Shown: positions 1 through 8,956, counted from the first letter of the stretch. The stretch: 64,000 nt of DNA from Limisphaerales bacterium (GCA_025360325.1 JANYCI010000013.1:13544-77543); one strand, 5' to 3'. The notes: generated by a model from the sequence alone, not told the origin. A program made the numbers and translations.

Positions 1-1815
1 AGGAAAAATAAATTCGCCGCGCGAACTCAAGGCCGACGCCGTTTCGCTGCCGATGATCAGATTGGTCGGAAATTTTTCGTGGAATTCAGGATAACGCCCC
101 GGAGCTTTTCGCACGCCCGCACCTTGATAATTCAGGCCAATGACATCCACCGTCGCCGGCAAATCATTCGTCGCCTGCGCCCAATTCATCGCCGTCGTCG
201 TCGGGCGCGTCGGGTCTTCCTCGCGCACGATGTTGACGAGTTCTTTCGCCACCGCTGCGCCGCTCGCGCCGGTGTATTGCTCGCCGACTTCGTTGCCGAT
301 GCTCCACAGAATGACTGAAGGATGATTGCGATCTCGCCGCAACTCCGCGCGCAAATCCGGCTCGTGCCAGTCGGGAAAAATCAGGTGAAAATCCAGCGGC
401 GTTTTCTGGCGCAGCCACACGTCGAACGATTCGTCCATGACGAGGAAACCCAGCTTGTCCGTCAGCTCCAACAGCTCTGGTGCGGGCGGATTGTGGCTCA
501 TGCGAATGGCATTGCAGCCCATATCCATCAGCATTTCCAACTGCCGCTGCGCCGCGCGCTCGTTGAACGCCGTGCCCAGCGCACCGAGATCGTGATGATT
601 GCAAACGCCCTTCAATTCAATGCGCTCGCCGTTGACGAACACGCCTTTATCCGCATCAAATTTCAGCGAGCGAATGCCGAACGGTGTTTCGTAAACATCC
701 AAAACTTTTCCGTTTTGCGAAACCGTCGTGACTGCGACATGGCGGTTCGGCTGTTGCGTCGGCGGCGGCCCCCAAAGTTTTGGATTGGCGATGGAGGCGT
801 TGCCGGCTACGACCAAGCTTTGGCCGGGCGCAATCTGCAAATCCACCGGCGCAATTTTCGCAACCGCCGCACCAGGTTTTTTCCCATCCGCAGCCAGTGC
901 AAAAATTTCCGTTGCCACGCTGACGTTGACGTTCTGCTTGGAATCATTATCCACTGTCACTTTCAAATTCACCGTGGCGCGTTCGCGTAAAACTTCCGGC
1001 GTCGTAAGTTGCGTTCCCCACTGGCCCACATGGAGGGGCGAAGTTTTCACGAGCCAGACGTTGCGGTAAATTCCCGCGCCCGGATACCAGCGCGAGGAGT
1101 TGGGCGGATTATCGAGGCGGATCGCGAGTTTGTTTTCGCCGCCCGGTTTCACAAACGGCGTCAGGTCGAGCCGCCACGACGCGTAACCGAACGGCCAACC
1201 GCCGACAAATTGACCGTTCAGCCAAACCGCTGCGTAAGACATCGCGCCATCCACATCGAGAAAGATTTTTTTGTCCGCGGCGGCGGCGGGCAGGCTAAAA
1301 TTTTTTCGATACCAGCCAATGCCCGCGCTCGGCAATCGACCCATGCCACCGCCACCCGAATGTGTGAACGGCCCGGCGATGGCCCAGTCGTGCGGCAAAT
1401 TTATTTTTTGCCAAGCGCGGTCATCAAAATCCGGCTGCACATACGCCACGCCGTCGCCAAGATTTCCTTCCGGCCTGACAAATTTCTGCGCGGCATCTTT
1501 GATAAAATTATTTCCCGTCGGCAGAATCCATTGCTTGATAATTTTTACGCGCGCATTCGACGCAGCGGGCAAATTCGTCCCGGCATTGGTGGCCGCATTG
1601 CCATCCGCCTCGGCTTCCGCGAGCCGACGGATTTGTTTCTGCTCGCGCACATCGTAAAGCAAACTCACGACGCAGTTCGTCGGGTCGCCTTTCGTAAAAC
1701 GCCAGTCGTCATTGAGGGAAATCCGTTCGCGCGGCATATCCGCCACGGCCAATCCGGCGGTGATGGCGAGCAAAAAGATGAAACTAAAACGCAGCTTTGA
1801 AAATCGTGACGTCAT
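1..1815 (-). CDS. glycoside hydrolase family 2 (beta-galactosidase-like); C-terminal part lies beyond the window start
   Basis: Absent from the ORF track because there is no in-window stop. My reverse-strand translation from ATG 1815..1813 gives MTSRFSKLRFSFIFLLAITAGLAVA (signal-like). GH2 hallmarks follow: RAWQKINLPHDWA, GERIELKGVCNHHD, RRDRNHPSVILWS. I checked that these are in frame with the ATG. Confidence 0.85.
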   Translation of the reverse strand, partial: MTSRFSKLRFSFIFLLAITAGLAVADMPRERISLNDDWRFTKGDPTNCVVSLLYDVREQKQIRRLAEAEADGNAATNAGTNLPAASNARVKIIKQWILPTGNNFIKDAAQKFVRPEGNLGDGVAYVQPDFDDRAWQKINLPHDWAIAGPFTHSGGGGMGRLPSAGIGWYRKNFSLPAAAADKKIFLDVDGAMSYAAVWLNGQFVGGWPFGYASWRLDLTPFVKPGGENKLAIRLDNPPNSSRWYPGAGIYRNVWLVKTSPLHVGQWGTQLTTPEVLRERATVNLKVTVDNDSKQNVNVSVATEIFALAADGKKPGAAVAKIAPVDLQIAPGQSLVVAGNASIANPKLWGPPPTQQPNRHVAVTTVSQNGKVLDVYETPFGIRSLKFDADKGVFVNGERIELKGVCNHHDLGALGTAFNERAAQRQLEMLMDMGCNAIRMSHNPPAPELLELTDKLGFLVMDESFDVWLRQKTPLDFHLIFPDWHEPDLRAELRRDRNHPSVILWSIGNEVGEQYTGASGAAVAKELVNIVREEDPTRPTTTAMNWAQATNDLPATVDVIGLNYQGAGVRKAPGRYPEFHEKFPTNLIIGSETASALSSRGEFIFP

Positions 1816-1819
1816 TGGG

Positions 1820-3073
1820 TTAATGAGTGAACAGGTTCAGATCAATCGTATCCGCCATCGTTTTGTAACCAAGCGGGTTCAGGTGCAACCAATCGTTGGC
1901 ATTCACGCCGGGGTGAAACACTGCCTCGAACTTCGTCGCGTCCGCCGGGGCGCGCACAGCGGCATCGAAATCAATCACGCCATCGTAAAGTGAATTGGTG
2001 CGAGTCCACGCGTTGACCTGCTGCCGAATCACCTCGTGCTCGGGAGAAAAATATCCATTGCCGCCGAATGGCGTGATGGTTGCGCCATAGACGCGAATGT
2101 TCTTTGCGTGTGCCTTGACGGCGAACTGCGTGTAAGCCGCGATGAGATTCGTCGCGAGCGTCGCCGTGTTTTCGCCATGCGCGCCGCCGATGTCGTTGAC
2201 GCCCTCGAACACAATCAGCCAGCGCGCGCCGCTTTGTTTGAGCACGTCGCGGTCGAAACGTTTCACCGCCGCCGGGCCGAGGCCGCCAAAAATTCCGTTG
2301 CCGCCGATGCCCATATTGACCACGCCAACATTGGCGGTCGGCGCGTTCGTGTTCAGCCGTCGCGCCAGATTATCCGGCCAACGATTATTGCTGTCCGTGG
2401 TCGAGCCGCGTCCGTCGGTAATGGAATCGCCCAGCACAACAATCGTTTTGCTGGAACTGTCCGCCGACACCTCAATGCCCGTGACGAGATACCAGTGCGC
2501 CGTTTTTTTTGCGTCCGGCAAACTCGCCGCCGAAACAAAATTGCTCGCAACGATGAACGACGTGGTGCGCGAACCGGGATGGCCGGTGATGGTCGTGGCT
2601 GAAATGTCGCCGAAGTAAATACTCACCGCGACCTCGGCCAGCGCAGGTAAATCAAATTCCATCGGATCGGAAAAAATTGTTTCGCCGCGTGGGATGACCA
2701 CTTCGGAAGCGCCCTGAAACGTAAGTGCCTTGTCGGTGGCGAGCTTGATTTCACCGCTGCCCGCACTGCCCTTTTCAGCGGCGAGCGCGAGGTGCGCGGA
2801 GTGGATGGTCACGGAGTTCGTTCCAAAAATGTTGGCGAAACGGACGCGCAGATTTTTTCCGCCGAGGCTCACGCGGACAAATTGGCGCAGCGTGTTGTGA
2901 GCGAGCGACACGGGCGGCAAGTTGCCCGGCTCGGTCAGTTGCGGCGCGCAGCCCCACGTCGTGACCCAGTGATCTTCCGCTGCGAGAACGGTGGCTTGAG
3001 CGCTGGTGAAAATTGACGCGACCGCCAGCGTTTTCAACCATGTCATCATGGAACACGGCAGGTTTTTTTTCAT
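1820..3073 (-). CDS. SGNH/GDSL-family hydrolase (secreted esterase/lipase-like)
   Basis: ORF 1820..3115; the likely start is ATG 3073 (MKKNLPCSMMTWLKTLAVASIFTSAQA). It has the GDSL block VVLGDSITDG, plus GIGGNG, FEGVNDIG and C-terminal DWLHLNPLG. Confidence 0.85.
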   Translation of the reverse strand: MKKNLPCSMMTWLKTLAVASIFTSAQATVLAAEDHWVTTWGCAPQLTEPGNLPPVSLAHNTLRQFVRVSLGGKNLRVRFANIFGTNSVTIHSAHLALAAEKGSAGSGEIKLATDKALTFQGASEVVIPRGETIFSDPMEFDLPALAEVAVSIYFGDISATTITGHPGSRTTSFIVASNFVSAASLPDAKKTAHWYLVTGIEVSADSSSKTIVVLGDSITDGRGSTTDSNNRWPDNLARRLNTNAPTANVGVVNMGIGGNGIFGGLGPAAVKRFDRDVLKQSGARWLIVFEGVNDIGGAHGENTATLATNLIAAYTQFAVKAHAKNIRVYGATITPFGGNGYFSPEHEVIRQQVNAWTRTNSLYDGVIDFDAAVRAPADATKFEAVFHPGVNANDWLHLNPLGYKTMADTIDLNLFTH

Positions 3074-3205
3074 AAATGGGAGATACGATATTGACGTGCG
3101 ACGGTTGAATTTCAAAGGATGAATTGCATGGAATTGGGTATCAGGATCAGGCGGCTAACCGATGAATCATTAGTTAATTTTAGGATTGTATCTTTAACCG
3201 ACTTT

Positions 3206-3285
3206 GTCCGCAGATTCCGCAGATTTTCGCAGATGAGGCAAAACTTAATCGGCGTGAATCTACGGAATCAGCGGATGAAATGCGG
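3206..3285. repeat. imperfect palindromic intergenic element, CGCAGAT family
   Basis: ccgcagattccgcagattttcgcagat ... atcggcgtgaatctacggaatcagcgg are approximate reverse complements. It has the same core (atctgcg / cgcagat / aatctg) as the element at 7883..8006. It lies in the divergent region between the SGNH gene and tlyA. Confidence 0.7.
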
Positions 3286-3368
3286 TTCCGTTTGCAAGGT
3301 GTTTAATCCCTAGTAATTTCAAAAGCCAGATTGTCCCCTCCCAGAATTTGTCCTACACTGGCCGGACA

Positions 3369-4274
3369 ATGCCTGCGGCTCGACTCGATCAAACCCTCGT
3401 GGAACGCGGCCTGTGCGCCAGCCGCGAACAGGCCAAGCGGCTCATCCTCGCCGGCAAAGTCCGCGTCAACGGCCATCCCGCGCGCAAGGCCAGCGACTCC
3501 ACGAAACCCGGCGACGACCTCGCGGTGGACGTGCCCGAAAAATTTGTCAGTCGCGGTGGACACAAGCTCGAACACGCGCTGGAACATTTTCAACTCGCGG
3601 TAAAAAATCTCATCGCCATTGATCTCGGTGCCTCCACGGGCGGTTTCACGGATTGCTTGTTGCAACGCGGCGCGGAAAAAGTTTTTGCGGTGGATGTCGG
3701 CCAAGGCCAACTGGCGTGGAAATTGCGAAGCGACTCACGCGTGGTGGTAATGGAAAAAACTAACGCACGTTTTTTGAAGCCGGAGCATTTCGTGCCTTCT
3801 CCCTCGCTCCTCCTAGGGGAGAGGGCCGGGGTGAGGGGTCGGAGTGTGGTAGGACAATCAAATGACAACAGAACATCAAACCCGCCCGTTCACCCCTCAC
3901 CCTCAATCCCTCTCCCCTCCGAGGGGCGAGGGAAGTCCGTTGTGGACACAACGGTTGAACCGCCCGCAGATTTAATCGTCGTGGACTGCTCGTTCATCTC
4001 GCTGAAAAAAGTTTTACCACCAGCCGTGCCGCTGCTGAAGCTCGGCGGGAAAATTGTCGCGCTCATCAAACCGCAATTCGAGGCGGGCAAAGCGGAGGCG
4101 GACAAAGGACGCGGCGTCATCACCGATCCGACGGTCCACGCGCGCGTGATCGCGGAACTGGAAGAATTTGTCGCGGCGCAGGCTGGCCTTTGCTGGCGCG
4201 GTGTGGTTGAATCTCCGCTGCTCGGCCCTGCCGGGAACAAAGAATTTTTGACGCTGATTGAAAAAGTCCGCTGA
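3369..4274 (+). CDS. tlyA: TlyA-family rRNA 2'-O-methyltransferase (hemolysin A-like), carrying a 50-codon in-frame insertion
   Basis: S4-like N-terminus RLDQTLVERGLCASREQAKRLILAGKVRVNG. FtsJ-type SAM fold IAIDLGASTGGFTDCLLQRGAEKVFAVDVG and DLIVVDCSFISL. ATG at 3369 within ORF 3348..4274. Confidence 0.9.
   Translation: MPAARLDQTLVERGLCASREQAKRLILAGKVRVNGHPARKASDSTKPGDDLAVDVPEKFVSRGGHKLEHALEHFQLAVKNLIAIDLGASTGGFTDCLLQRGAEKVFAVDVGQGQLAWKLRSDSRVVVMEKTNARFLKPEHFVPSPSLLLGERAGVRGRSVVGQSNDNRTSNPPVHPSPSIPLPSEGRGKSVVDTTVEPPADLIVVDCSFISLKKVLPPAVPLLKLGGKIVALIKPQFEAGKAEADKGRGVITDPTVHARVIAELEEFVAAQAGLCWRGVVESPLLGPAGNKEFLTLIEKVR
3796..3945. mobile_element. 150-bp MITE/REP-like palindromic element inside the tlyA coding frame
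   Basis: Arm 3796..3838 (cttctccctcgctcctcctaggggagagggccggggtgagggg) is the near reverse complement of arm 3893..3945 (cccctcaccctcaatccctctcccctccgaggggcgagggaag). Length 150 = 50 codons with no stop in the gene frame. Confidence 0.75.
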
Positions 4275-5142
4275 ACCATTTCGTCGCATCGGCCTCGTGG
4301 GCAACCCGGAGAAAGCCGCTTGCGCGGAAATCGTCCGCCTCGCGGCGCGGCTCATCGCGCGCACCGGGCGGAAAATTTTTTGCGATCCGGCCACGGCGAA
4401 AATTGCCAATCTCAAATGCCCCGTGTTTCCTGACGCACCCGCGCTCGCGAGCAAAACGGATTTGATCATCGTCTTTGGCGGCGACGGCACGATGCTCCAC
4501 GCCGCGCGCGACATCGCCGGATTTCGCACCCCCATCCTCGGCGTGAACATCGGCGCGCTCGGTTTTCTCACGGCCGTTTCTTCGGACAAACTGGCCGACG
4601 CGCTGAAACTGATTTGGCGCGGCGAATTCAAATTTGAATCCCGCGCGCTCATCGAGGCGACCGGTAAGTGCCATGGAAAAAATGTCATCGCCCCGGCACT
4701 CAACGACATCGTCATCAGTCGCGGTGCGGTCTCGCGGCTGATCTCGCTCGACGTGAGCGTGAACGGCGAACCCATCACGCGCTACCGTTGCGACGGCCTC
4801 ATCGTGAGTTCGCCGACCGGCTCGACGGCCTATTCGCTCGCCGCTGGCGGCGCGATTGTTTTGCCGACGGCGGATGTTTTCACCCTCACGCCGATCTGTC
4901 CGCACGCGCTTTCCAACCGCTCCATCATTTTGCCGCTGTCCGCGACGTTGCAAGTGAAAGCCGTGGCCGCTGCGCCCGCCACGATTTTGAGCGCGGACGG
5001 CGAATTCGCGGGCGAACTCGATGCCGGCGATGAAATCACTATCCGCCGCAGCCGCCGCTCCGTGCGGATTTTGCAACTGGCCAACAGCTCCTTCCTCGAA
5101 GCGCTGCGCCGGAAATTGCACTGGCGCGGAACGTATCTCTGA
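4258..5142 (+). CDS. nadK: NAD+ kinase
   Basis: DLIIVFGGDGTML, GVNIGALGFL, NDIVISRG, CDGLIVSSPTGSTAYSLAAGG. The TTG start overlaps the tlyA end by 17 nt. Confidence 0.92.
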   Translation: MKKSAEPFRRIGLVGNPEKAACAEIVRLAARLIARTGRKIFCDPATAKIANLKCPVFPDAPALASKTDLIIVFGGDGTMLHAARDIAGFRTPILGVNIGALGFLTAVSSDKLADALKLIWRGEFKFESRALIEATGKCHGKNVIAPALNDIVISRGAVSRLISLDVSVNGEPITRYRCDGLIVSSPTGSTAYSLAAGGAIVLPTADVFTLTPICPHALSNRSIILPLSATLQVKAVAAAPATILSADGEFAGELDAGDEITIRRSRRSVRILQLANSSFLEALRRKLHWRGTYL

Positions 5143-5195
5143 AAGTGTGAAGGCAGAATTATGAATGATGAATTAAAACGCCGATGGACGCCGCG

Positions 5196-5235
5196 AATTT
5201 CATTTTCAACCTTCAACCTTCAACCTTCAACCTTC
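5196..5235. repeat. heptanucleotide tandem repeat (aatttca, then tcaacct x4)
   Basis: gaatttcattttcaaccttcaaccttcaaccttcaaccttct lies immediately upstream of the LacI-family start at 5241. Confidence 0.9.
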
Positions 5236-5240
5236 TAAAA

Positions 5241-6251
5241 ATGGTCCGCCTCAAAGACATTGCCCAGCTTGCCAACGTTTCCGTGATGACCATCTCCAAG
5301 GCGTTGCGTGACGCGCCAGATGTATCCGAGGCGACGCGCGCGAAAATAAAAAAACTCGCGCACGATCTCGGTTACACGCCCAACACCAGCGCGCAAGGTT
5401 TGCGGACGAACACCACGAAGCTGCTCGGCCTCGTCATCCCCTCCACGCTGAATCCGATTTACGCCCGCATCGTTTCTGCCATCGAGGAACGCACCCACGA
5501 TTTCGGCTACGACCTGCTCATCGCGCAGACGCAAAATAAATCCGAGCGCGAAGACGCCTGCCTGCGCCGCCTGCTCGCGCGCCGCGTGGACGGCTTACTC
5601 ATCACGCCGGTGTATCGTTTCGAGGCCGAGGCGCGCATCTATCAGGAAATAACCGCCCGGAAAATCCCGTCCGTGCTGCTCGGCCCGCCCGCGCCGTTCT
5701 GCAAAAATTTTCCCAGCATCGAGACGCAGGAACTCGCCGCGAGTTATTCGGCCACGAAACATTTGCTCGATCTCGGCCACAAAAAAATCGCCTATCTCAC
5801 TGGCCCGCCCGCTGCGCCATGGGCCCACGAACGCTTTGAAGGTTATCGCCGCGCACTGCGCGATGCCGGTTTGCAGCCGGATGATGAATTTGTTTTTCAA
5901 GCGGGCAGCACGATTGAAGACGGCGTCCGCGCCACGTTGCAGATGGTGAATGAAGGTTGTAATCCAACCGCCGTGCAAGCCGTGAGTGATCTCGTCGCCA
6001 TCGGCTGTGCGGAAACGTTGATGCAGCAAGGCGTGAAAATTCCCGAGGACATTTCGCTCGTCGGTTTCGGGAATGTGCTCGCGGCGGAATATTTTCGCGT
6101 GCCGCTCACCACCGTGCGCCAACCGAAGCATCGTCTGGGCGTCGCGGCGGTCGAAGCGTTGATGAAACTCATTCGCAAGGAACCGCTCGAACTCTCACCG
6201 CTCCCGGCGGAACTCGAAGTGCGGAAAAGTTCCGCGCTGCCGAAAAGTTAA
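5241..6251 (+). CDS. LacI-family transcriptional regulator
   Basis: N-terminal HTH MVRLKDIAQLANVSVMTISKALRD...ATRAKIKKLAHDLGYTPNTSAQGLR, then a periplasmic-binding-like sugar domain. The ORF-track start at 5184 reads through the heptamer repeat and is unlikely. Confidence 0.9.
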   Translation: MVRLKDIAQLANVSVMTISKALRDAPDVSEATRAKIKKLAHDLGYTPNTSAQGLRTNTTKLLGLVIPSTLNPIYARIVSAIEERTHDFGYDLLIAQTQNKSEREDACLRRLLARRVDGLLITPVYRFEAEARIYQEITARKIPSVLLGPPAPFCKNFPSIETQELAASYSATKHLLDLGHKKIAYLTGPPAAPWAHERFEGYRRALRDAGLQPDDEFVFQAGSTIEDGVRATLQMVNEGCNPTAVQAVSDLVAIGCAETLMQQGVKIPEDISLVGFGNVLAAEYFRVPLTTVRQPKHRLGVAAVEALMKLIRKEPLELSPLPAELEVRKSSALPKS

Positions 6252-6253
6252 GC

Positions 6254-6341
6254 GGAAGTTTGTTGGGGCAAGCGTCCTCGCGAGCCGCTTGGTCTGACGA
6301 CGCCCCGGCTCGCGAAGACGCTCGCCCCACCAGCAAACTTC
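6254..6341. repeat. 88-bp imperfect palindrome between convergent genes (terminator-like REP element)
   Basis: ggaagtttgttggggcaagcgtcctcgcgagccg (6254..6287) versus cggctcgcgaagacgctcgccccaccagcaaacttc (6306..6341), which are near reverse complements. Confidence 0.75.
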
Positions 6342-6759
6342 ACTTTTTCCCTTCACCAACCCGGCAGCTTCCGTTTTCACATTTTGATCCGCCAAACCAG
6401 CCACCGATTTTCACCCGGTTCCGCGCGAACCATTCGTAGAATTTATCCGTGAGCCAACGCAAGCCCGGCCAGCTCGTTGGCGCAACCAGCCAGCCGAGAC
6501 CAACCAACCGATACGCCGCGCGAAACGTCGCCACGCGCGTGACGACTCGGCCATCGGGGAAAATGCCGTGCATCACGCCTTCCACTTCCGTTTGCGTGAG
6601 GCCATAAATCGCCGCATCAAAACCGGGCGCGGAAATATCTTCGGTCGCCAATTTGCCTGCACGGTCACGACGCTTCAACCACGCGACTTCGCGGCAGCAA
6701 AATGGACATTGCCCATCAAACAATAATTTTAATTGCCAGTTGGTTTTAGTTTCCTTCAT
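6340..6759 (-). CDS. thiol-disulfide oxidoreductase DCC family (DUF393)
   Basis: LLFDGQCPFCCREVAWLKRRDRAGKL is the typical DCC/DUF393 N-terminal motif. Confidence 0.8.
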   Translation of the reverse strand: MKETKTNWQLKLLFDGQCPFCCREVAWLKRRDRAGKLATEDISAPGFDAAIYGLTQTEVEGVMHGIFPDGRVVTRVATFRAAYRLVGLGWLVAPTSWPGLRWLTDKFYEWFARNRVKIGGWFGGSKCENGSCRVGEGKK

Positions 6760-6841
6760 GCGTCGCTAATTTTCACCACACAGCAATGATTGACCTGAAC
6801 CTTGGCTTTGGCAACATAACGAAAATCTTTTTACAAAACTT

Positions 6842-7876
6842 ATGCCACGCACTGTCACTCTCTTCACCGGCCAATGGGCTGATCTCTCCCTCGCGCAACT
6901 CCTGCCGCTCGTCAAAAAAATGGGCTACGACGGCGTGGAACTCGCCTGCTGGGGCGACCACTTTGAAGTGGATCGCGCTTTGACCGAACCCGATTATTGC
7001 AAAAAGAAATGGGCGTTGCTCAAGAAATACGGACTCACCTGCCACGCGATTTCTTCCCACCTCGTCGGCCAGGCCGTGTGCGATTTGATTGACGAACGTC
7101 ATCAGGCGATTCTCCCCGCCGATGTCTGGGGCGACGGCAAACCTGAAAGCGTTCGCCAACGCGCCGCCGAAAAAATGAAAGCCGCCGCGCGTGCCGCCCG
7201 AAAATTTTTCGATGCGAAACCCGGCGCGAAGAAAGGTGAAGTAGCGGTCGTCAATGGTTTCACCGGTTCTTCCATTTGGCACGCGCTCTACGCGTTTCCG
7301 CCGACGAGCCAGAATTTTTTGAACAAAGGTTTTGCCGATTTCGCGAAACGCTGGACGCCGATTCTCGACGTGTTTGAAAAAGAAAACGTCAACTTCGCGC
7401 TCGAAGTGCATCCCACGGAAATCGCGTTTGACATCGCCTCCGCCAAACGCGCGCTCGAAGCGGTGAAACATCATCCGCGCTTCGGTTTCAATTACGATCC
7501 GTCGCACCTCGGTTATCAAGGCGTGAATTATGTGAAATTCATTCGCGAATTTTCCGACCGTATTTTCCACGCGCACATGAAAGACGTTTGGTGGGGCCAC
7601 GGCGATGGCAGCGTGGGCGTGTTCGGCGGCCACACGGATTTTACGGACGCGCGCCGCTTTTGGGATTTCCGCTCGCTCGGTCACGGCGACATCAACTTTG
7701 AGGAAATCATTGTCGCTCTGAACGACGTGGGCTATCGCGGCCCGCTCTCGGTGGAATGGGAAGATGGCCGGATGGATCGCATCCACGGCGCGACCGAAAG
7801 CTGCGCGTTCGTCCGCGAACTAGATTTCGCGCCCAACCAAGCGGCGTTTGACGCGGCATTTTCCAAGCAGAAATAA
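6842..7876 (+). CDS. sugar phosphate isomerase/epimerase (xylose isomerase-like TIM barrel)
   Basis: [40 protein letters not shown]: the typical AP-endonuclease-2 / TIM-barrel pattern. Confidence 0.8.
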   Translation: MPRTVTLFTGQWADLSLAQLLPLVKKMGYDGVELACWGDHFEVDRALTEPDYCKKKWALLKKYGLTCHAISSHLVGQAVCDLIDERHQAILPADVWGDGKPESVRQRAAEKMKAAARAARKFFDAKPGAKKGEVAVVNGFTGSSIWHALYAFPPTSQNFLNKGFADFAKRWTPILDVFEKENVNFALEVHPTEIAFDIASAKRALEAVKHHPRFGFNYDPSHLGYQGVNYVKFIREFSDRIFHAHMKDVWWGHGDGSVGVFGGHTDFTDARRFWDFRSLGHGDINFEEIIVALNDVGYRGPLSVEWEDGRMDRIHGATESCAFVRELDFAPNQAAFDAAFSKQK

Positions 7877-7882
7877 TTCGGC

Positions 7883-8006
7883 CACAGATAGACACAGATA
7901 AGAAAAACATTTTATCCGCAGATGACACAGATTTTCGCAGATTAAGTTTTATCTGCGTGAATCTGTGTCATCTGCGAACACTTTTCTTATCTGTGTTTCA
8001 TCTGTG
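7883..8006. repeat. 124-bp imperfect palindrome, CGCAGAT family, between convergent genes
   Basis: cacagatagacacagataagaaaa...atccgcagatgacacagattttcgcagat | atctgcgtgaatctgtgtcatctgcg...ttttcttatctgtgtttcatctgtg. The two halves are reverse complements around ~7945. Confidence 0.85.
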
Positions 8007-8025
8007 CCCATCCGTGGCTAAAAAA

Positions 8026-8442
8026 TTATCTTTGCAACGCGAGCTGCGGAACCAGCGCGTTCGTCAACGGGTTGATGGTGAACTCATCTTTCTCCAGCCG
8101 CCACAGCCAGCCGGTGATGAGCTGCAGCACTGCGGCGAGGTTTAATTTTTCGTGCAGCGGCGGATACTTTTCCAAATTCGCCGCCGCGAGCTTGAATAGC
8201 GCGGCGGACGGGCGAAGCCGATTTTTTTGCAAATGCACGAACGCCCCCGCGAGTTGGATGAGGCCCTTGTAAAAATTGCCATTCGCACCATGTCGGTCGG
8301 GCAGCCAGAGGTCTTCGAGAATGTCGTGCGCCTCGTAAAATTTCTGCTGGTTGAACAGCGCAAAATAACCGGCGTAGCGGGCGTCCACACCGTCGCCCGC
8401 GAACTGTTGGGCGAAGGCGGCCATACGTTCATGTTTGCTCAC
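8026..8442 (-). CDS. DUF309 domain protein
   Basis: LFNQQKFYEAHDILEDLW...YKGLIQLAGAFVHLQKN matches the DUF309 signature as I recall it. Confidence 0.75.
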   Translation of the reverse strand: MSKHERMAAFAQQFAGDGVDARYAGYFALFNQQKFYEAHDILEDLWLPDRHGANGNFYKGLIQLAGAFVHLQKNRLRPSAALFKLAAANLEKYPPLHEKLNLAAVLQLITGWLWRLEKDEFTINPLTNALVPQLALQR

Positions 8443-8550
8443 AAAAATGAGTTTAGCGGGACGCAGGAAAATCTAAAGCAAAGTCTGGGGCGGACGATAA
8501 ATAAAATGTCCGGGAGCAATTCTGGATCATCGGTTGGTTTGAGTGCATCA

Positions 8551-8592
8551 GGCAAAAGAAAACGGTGCGGCTGGTTACCGCGCCGTTTTCAC
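8551..8592 (-). terminator. rho-independent terminator of the lipoprotein gene
   Basis: The minus strand reads aaaacggcgcggtaaccagccgcaccgttttcttttg. It is a GC stem with one mismatch followed by a T-rich tail, about 15 nt downstream of the stop at 8606. Confidence 0.65.
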
Positions 8593-8605
8593 TTTCTATT
8601 CGGCT

Positions 8606-8836
8606 TCATTTTTTCGGGCGCTTAAAAACGTATTGATACACAAAGTTCGTTCCCGTGGCGTCCTTGGGTCGGCTGGTGTAGCTCACGAGTTCCCAGCCAC
8701 CTTTGCCGTAGCCATCGAGCACAGATTTGCCTTTGGGATTATCCGTGGTGTCCCAAGAAGTTGTGGGCGTGGCGCAACCGGCCAGGAGCACGGCAGCGGC
8801 GCAGCCGACAAACATTTTGCGCGCGAGGGTTTTCAC
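8606..8836 (-). CDS. small lipoprotein (DUF4177-like C-terminus)
   Basis: Lipobox ...AAAVLLAGC|ATP. GTG 8836 gives MKTLARKMFVGCAAAVLLAGC; ATG 8815 is the alternative start. C-terminal GGWELVSY...YVFKRP. The ORF-track start at 8947 is unlikely. Confidence 0.7.
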   Translation of the reverse strand: MKTLARKMFVGCAAAVLLAGCATPTTSWDTTDNPKGKSVLDGYGKGGWELVSYTSRPKDATGTNFVYQYVFKRPKK

Positions 8837-8956
8837 AAGATGGAAGAAAAATTGATTTGGGGACGGACGAAAAATGAGGCAGTCGCAAACTCGTGGCAAG
8901 CATAAACCGGTTGGACTGAAATTGACTTTGACGCATCGCTGCGACAATCTGCGGCC

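Noticed and set aside
3119-3313. Small ORFs overlapping the palindromic repeats (3119..3313, 7957..8145, 10528..10716)
   Set aside because: They are translations of intergenic inverted repeats, for example ...FRRFSQMRQNLIGVNLRNQRMK. They have no RBS or start context and lie between well-defined gene ends.
6773-7786. 337-aa minus-strand ORF; similar cases at 4120..5121, 8960..9961, 10816..11808, 28399..29430, 40842..42068, 47739..49070 and 59230..60306
   Set aside because: All of these are antisense to genes with strong family motifs (sugar isomerase, nadK, parB, ispH, GH13, GH29, PATR). Their translations are Arg/Gly/Ala-rich without motifs.
8443-8550. Possible small RNA in the 160-bp gap after the DUF309 gene start
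   Set aside because: Only the terminator hairpin of the neighbouring lipoprotein gene (8551..8592) is evident. I see no conserved structure or promoter, and this cannot be supported without covariance or expression data.
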